A DNA stretch of 64,000 bases from an uncultured Spirochaetota bacterium (GTDB taxonomy: Bacteria > Spirochaetota > Brevinematia > Brevinematales > JAOACQ01): contig CAWAOD010000010.1 in the NCBI GenBank assembly GCA_963783575.1, positions 128,001 to 192,000 of the forward strand, read 5' to 3'. Numbering within the stretch: position 1 is the stretch's first letter; every line of letters starts with the position of its first letter. Both the position numbers and the translations under genes were made by a program. Positions 60,855-64,000 of the stretch are shown here, piece after piece. The notes under the pieces were generated by a model that did not search any database, had not been told where the DNA came from, and worked only from the letters and a program-made list of their open reading frames with translations.

Positions 60855-61084
60855 AAGTCCCCCGTCTGGAACAAGCTTTATGCTTGTTCAAAATCCATAA
60901 TCCACTTCAAAAAAAAAGATTTTTAAAACACAGATGGTTATTTCTCTTATCGGAATTTTTCCTGAATAGATAATTATTATTGATAATTTGCATCTTTTCA
61001 GGTATTATTATACTTATTTTAATGAATGTAAGAAATATTAATATTTTTTTTATTATTTGCTCTTTTTACTGCAGGAGAAATCGC

Positions 61085-61597
61085 ATGGCCGGCGACACCT
61101 TTGAACTTTTTTTTAAAGAGAATGAAAATACGCTTTATAAGATAATCAGAAGTTATGTAAAATCTCCTGACACAGCAAAGGATATTGTTCTTGAAACCAT
61201 GATGAAAATATATGAGCGATGGGAAAATGTTCAATACTTTGAAAATAGTGTAGGATATGCTGTAAGAATAGGTATTAATATGGCCAAGAAAAATTTAATG
61301 GAAAACAAATTAAAATCATTTTTACCAATTCTGGGAGATGATGGCAATCAAAATCTTGCTTCCAATACTTATAATCCTGAAAACAGTGTCCTAAAAGATG
61401 AAGAAGATACATGGCTTGAGCAGGAACTTTATAAATTAAAAGAAATTGAAAGAAATGTTATAATCTTAAAAGATATAGATAAAAAAAAATTCGAAGAGAT
61501 CGCTGGAATTTTCAACCAAAAACTTTCTACTGTAAAATCACATTACAGAAGGGGAAAAATCAAATTATCCAAAAAATTGGAGGAAATATATGAATAA
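61085..61597 (+). CDS. ECF RNA polymerase sigma factor
   Basis: AKDIVLETMMK, FEEIAGIF...LSTVKSHYRRG; AGGAG RBS. Confidence 0.88.
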   Translation: MAGDTFELFFKENENTLYKIIRSYVKSPDTAKDIVLETMMKIYERWENVQYFENSVGYAVRIGINMAKKNLMENKLKSFLPILGDDGNQNLASNTYNPENSVLKDEEDTWLEQELYKLKEIERNVIILKDIDKKKFEEIAGIFNQKLSTVKSHYRRGKIKLSKKLEEIYE

Positions 61598-62108
61598 TTC
61601 AATTAAATGCGATCAATTTATGGAATGGATCGATCATTCCGGTGAAAACGAAATAAATAATATGCCGAAAGTTATGGAAGATCATATAAAAATCTGCCGC
61701 GATTGCTATTATTATCGTATGGTTTCATTAAAATTAAACAAAAATTCTTTACAGAGTGAAAAAATTGAAATCTGGCAGGAATTTGAGGATTTATGGCCGC
61801 TGGCAGAGGAAAAAGAAAAATATTCTGCTGTCAGAAGATCCCGCTTAAAACTTGCCGGTGCTGTTTTAAGCTTTATTCTTGTTGCGGGTGTTTTTATTGG
61901 GATTTATAATTTCAATCTTAATGTAAAGAATACTGATAATTTCAATATGAACAACAGCAACTTTGTAAATAACGGATTTAAAAATAACACGCCTGCAAAT
62001 ATTTATAATAAAAGCGGTAATTATGGCAACTCCGTGATTTCGGACGCAGGTTATTATTATGAAACAAGCGATCTGGATTACTATTATGATATATCGATGC
62101 AGATGTAA
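61590..62108 (+). CDS. Putative ZAS-type anti-sigma factor
   Basis: Overlaps the sigma stop; N-terminal Cys plus HIKICRDC (HxxxCxxC); one TM helix. Confidence 0.8.
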   Translation: MNNSIKCDQFMEWIDHSGENEINNMPKVMEDHIKICRDCYYYRMVSLKLNKNSLQSEKIEIWQEFEDLWPLAEEKEKYSAVRRSRLKLAGAVLSFILVAGVFIGIYNFNLNVKNTDNFNMNNSNFVNNGFKNNTPANIYNKSGNYGNSVISDAGYYYETSDLDYYYDISMQM

Positions 62109-62199
62109 GATTTTTGACGGTTATTGTTGGTTTTTTTATAATAATCAAGCAGCCTTGTCCTGAGCTTGACGAAGGGGCATGCTTGTTAAGGAGTTTATA

Positions 62200-62832
62200 A
62201 TGAAAAATTTTTTATTTTTTATTATGATATTTGCCATACTGGCATTATTTTCAGGGATTATTTCAGCACAGGAAAAAAGAAGCCGGGATGAAGAGAATGA
62301 AAGCACATCCAATAAAATGTTTTTAAGATATAATAGTTTCCGGATGATGGGTACGGATAATGGGAACCATTTCAGCGGGTCAATGATGATGGGAGGATAT
62401 GGACTGCGCGAAGGTTATTTTAATCCGGATTTATTTACAATAATTGAAAATTACAGGATTAAAATTCAAAAAATTTACCTTGATGCAGGACAATCAAAAA
62501 TCAGCCTTGATACTAAAAGGATTGATCTATACATTAGGCTTAATGAGTTTGCCGAAAAATATAAATCCGATAAAACTTTAACAAATGATGTGATTAATAC
62601 TATTAAGGATTTAAATGCCATACAAAATCAGATTCATGGCATAGATCAGGATGCTATGAAGAAAATAGAGACTTTAATTATAAGCAGGGAAAAAGAAATC
62701 GAGGCAGCCAACGATGCCTGGATTAAAAAACTTGCAAAAGATGATAAGGAATTGGAAAATTACCTGGAATATATTAATTTAAGATCCCGCAGGATGTTAT
62801 TATTTACAAATTCCAGCCCGGAAAACCATTGA
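62200..62832 (+). CDS. Exported helical protein (Spy/CpxP-like architecture)
   Basis: Signal peptide, Met/Gly-rich linker (GSMMMGG), helical body; third gene of the ECF locus. Confidence 0.6.
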   Translation: MKNFLFFIMIFAILALFSGIISAQEKRSRDEENESTSNKMFLRYNSFRMMGTDNGNHFSGSMMMGGYGLREGYFNPDLFTIIENYRIKIQKIYLDAGQSKISLDTKRIDLYIRLNEFAEKYKSDKTLTNDVINTIKDLNAIQNQIHGIDQDAMKKIETLIISREKEIEAANDAWIKKLAKDDKELENYLEYINLRSRRMLLFTNSSPENH

Positions 62833-62933
62833 TTTTAATACCGGGCCGCCTCCTTAAAGATTTGGAGTTGTCCTTAACGATCATCCCGCTTTTGCCCGGT
62901 GACCGTGGGGACAGCTCTTTTTTAATATTTTAT

Positions 62934-64000
62934 TTATTTAGATTTTAACGCAGGTTTATTTGTATTAATAATATTAGTATTTACCGGCTGCTTATTTGTA
63001 TTAACAGTATTAGTAGCTATAGTTTTCAAAGACTGCGTACTTGTATTTGTGTTGCTTTTTCCCAGATTTTCAACATCGATTCCCATATTCTGTAAGGCTT
63101 TTTTAGATTCTTTTACAACAGTCAGGTCCGGATCATAAAGGGCTTTGTATGTCAGAATTTCGGCAGAAGTATTGTTTTTAAGAATTCCCAGCGCTTTCAC
63201 GGCTTCTAAGCGGATTCTTACATTGTCAACTTTTGTAAATCCGATTAGTTTTTGAAGAACCGCATCTCCACTTAAATATCCGAACCCGGCAATTGACCAG
63301 AGACGTATATTTAAATCCTCATTTTCATTTTCAACAAAAGGTGATAATATAATTAGCGCCTGAGGATCGCCTGTTTTTCCTATTGCATAAGCCGAGTACA
63401 TCCTTACTTCCTTAATTTCGCCGGTATTCTGCAGAAGGGATTGTAAAACCGGGATATACTTAACTTCTCCTATATCTCCAAGGGCTATAGCCGAAGCTCC
63501 TCGTAATTCGGCCGGATTGTCGGTATTGGTCAGCGAACCAAGTATTATGTCTCCAGCAGGTTTATACCCGATATTGCCGAGTGTCCGAATTATTGTAGCC
63601 GTAAGAGCTGTTTCTTTCGGATTCTTAACCTTATTTGTTAGAATATCAAATAATTTTGGTCCGGCTGTTTTGATACCAAGTTCACTGATACCGAAAACAA
63701 TCCTTCTCAAGACATCCGAATTACTTTCGGAAGATAATACTGAAAGCCAGGATGACTCATTACTAACCTTTAAACTTATAAGCGTATAAGCTGCTTCCCC
63801 TCGAATATCAGGGTTCGGATCATTTTTCAAAGCATCTTCAATAAAACTATATGCATCGGTGACTTTATTATCTTCAATCGATTTTATAACTCCCGATCTC
63901 TGGGACGAAATACCATATTTCATTGTTTTTTGCCAGTATTCCAGGGTCTTTTGATCTGTGGAATAGATAAAAGTAATCAGGCAAGTCAGAAAAATAAATA
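62934..64000 (-). CDS. Exported HEAT-repeat protein, 5' end beyond the window
   Basis: HEAT repeats (IRGEAAYTL, LRGASAIALG, VRMYSAYAIG). The frame stays open upstream of 63923 with signal-like FIFLTCLITFIYS. Confidence 0.85.
   Translation of the reverse strand, partial: FIFLTCLITFIYSTDQKTLEYWQKTMKYGISSQRSGVIKSIEDNKVTDAYSFIEDALKNDPNPDIRGEAAYTLISLKVSNESSWLSVLSSESNSDVLRRIVFGISELGIKTAGPKLFDILTNKVKNPKETALTATIIRTLGNIGYKPAGDIILGSLTNTDNPAELRGASAIALGDIGEVKYIPVLQSLLQNTGEIKEVRMYSAYAIGKTGDPQALIILSPFVENENEDLNIRLWSIAGFGYLSGDAVLQKLIGFTKVDNVRIRLEAVKALGILKNNTSAEILTYKALYDPDLTVVKESKKALQNMGIDVENLGKSNTNTSTQSLKTIATNTVNTNKQPVNTNIINTNKPALKSK

Noticed and set aside
62840..62923. HDV-like ribozyme
   Set aside because: Crossing helices are present, but there is no P3/L3 with P1.1 pairing or catalytic C in the expected geometry.

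Overview
AT-rich chromosomal segment, most likely from a spirochete. This is inferred from cheA-cheW-cheX-cheY with an N-terminally extended CheY, spirochete-type lipoprotein signals, LptD/Mla outer-membrane machinery and the ylqG-like/flhB-like/HD-GYP/yraN block; it is not proven. Most of the window is core genome: a chemotaxis operon running into glucokinase, TPR and HD-GYP genes; fapR-fabH followed by a Vor-type 2-oxoacid:ferredoxin oxidoreductase; icd; divergent groEL/groES; leuB; a LacI-controlled sugar ABC transporter with two GH94 phosphorylases; malQ, rarA, carA, ftsQAZ, pyrF; a sigmaH-like/Mla operon; tgt; lptD; and two ECF sigma/anti-sigma pairs. I found no CRISPR array, rRNA, tRNA, transposase or prophage. 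The most interesting signals are: (1) an ECF sigma with a CBM48-like anti-sigma, preceded by two copies of an ECF-type promoter motif, one apparently driving an unannotated ~130-nt sRNA; (2) a membrane-anchored degenerate GH13 alpha-amylase co-oriented downstream of the chemotaxis genes; (3) a protein with three tandem FliG-C-like repeats; (4) a FapR/FabH/Vor cluster that may supply branched-chain primers anaerobically; (5) an Mla system with a degenerate ATPase behind a sigmaH-like factor and an 8-bp repeat array. Several single-base indels and one in-frame stop occur in conserved genes and are probably assembly errors. All family assignments come from motif recognition by eye; no searches were run.
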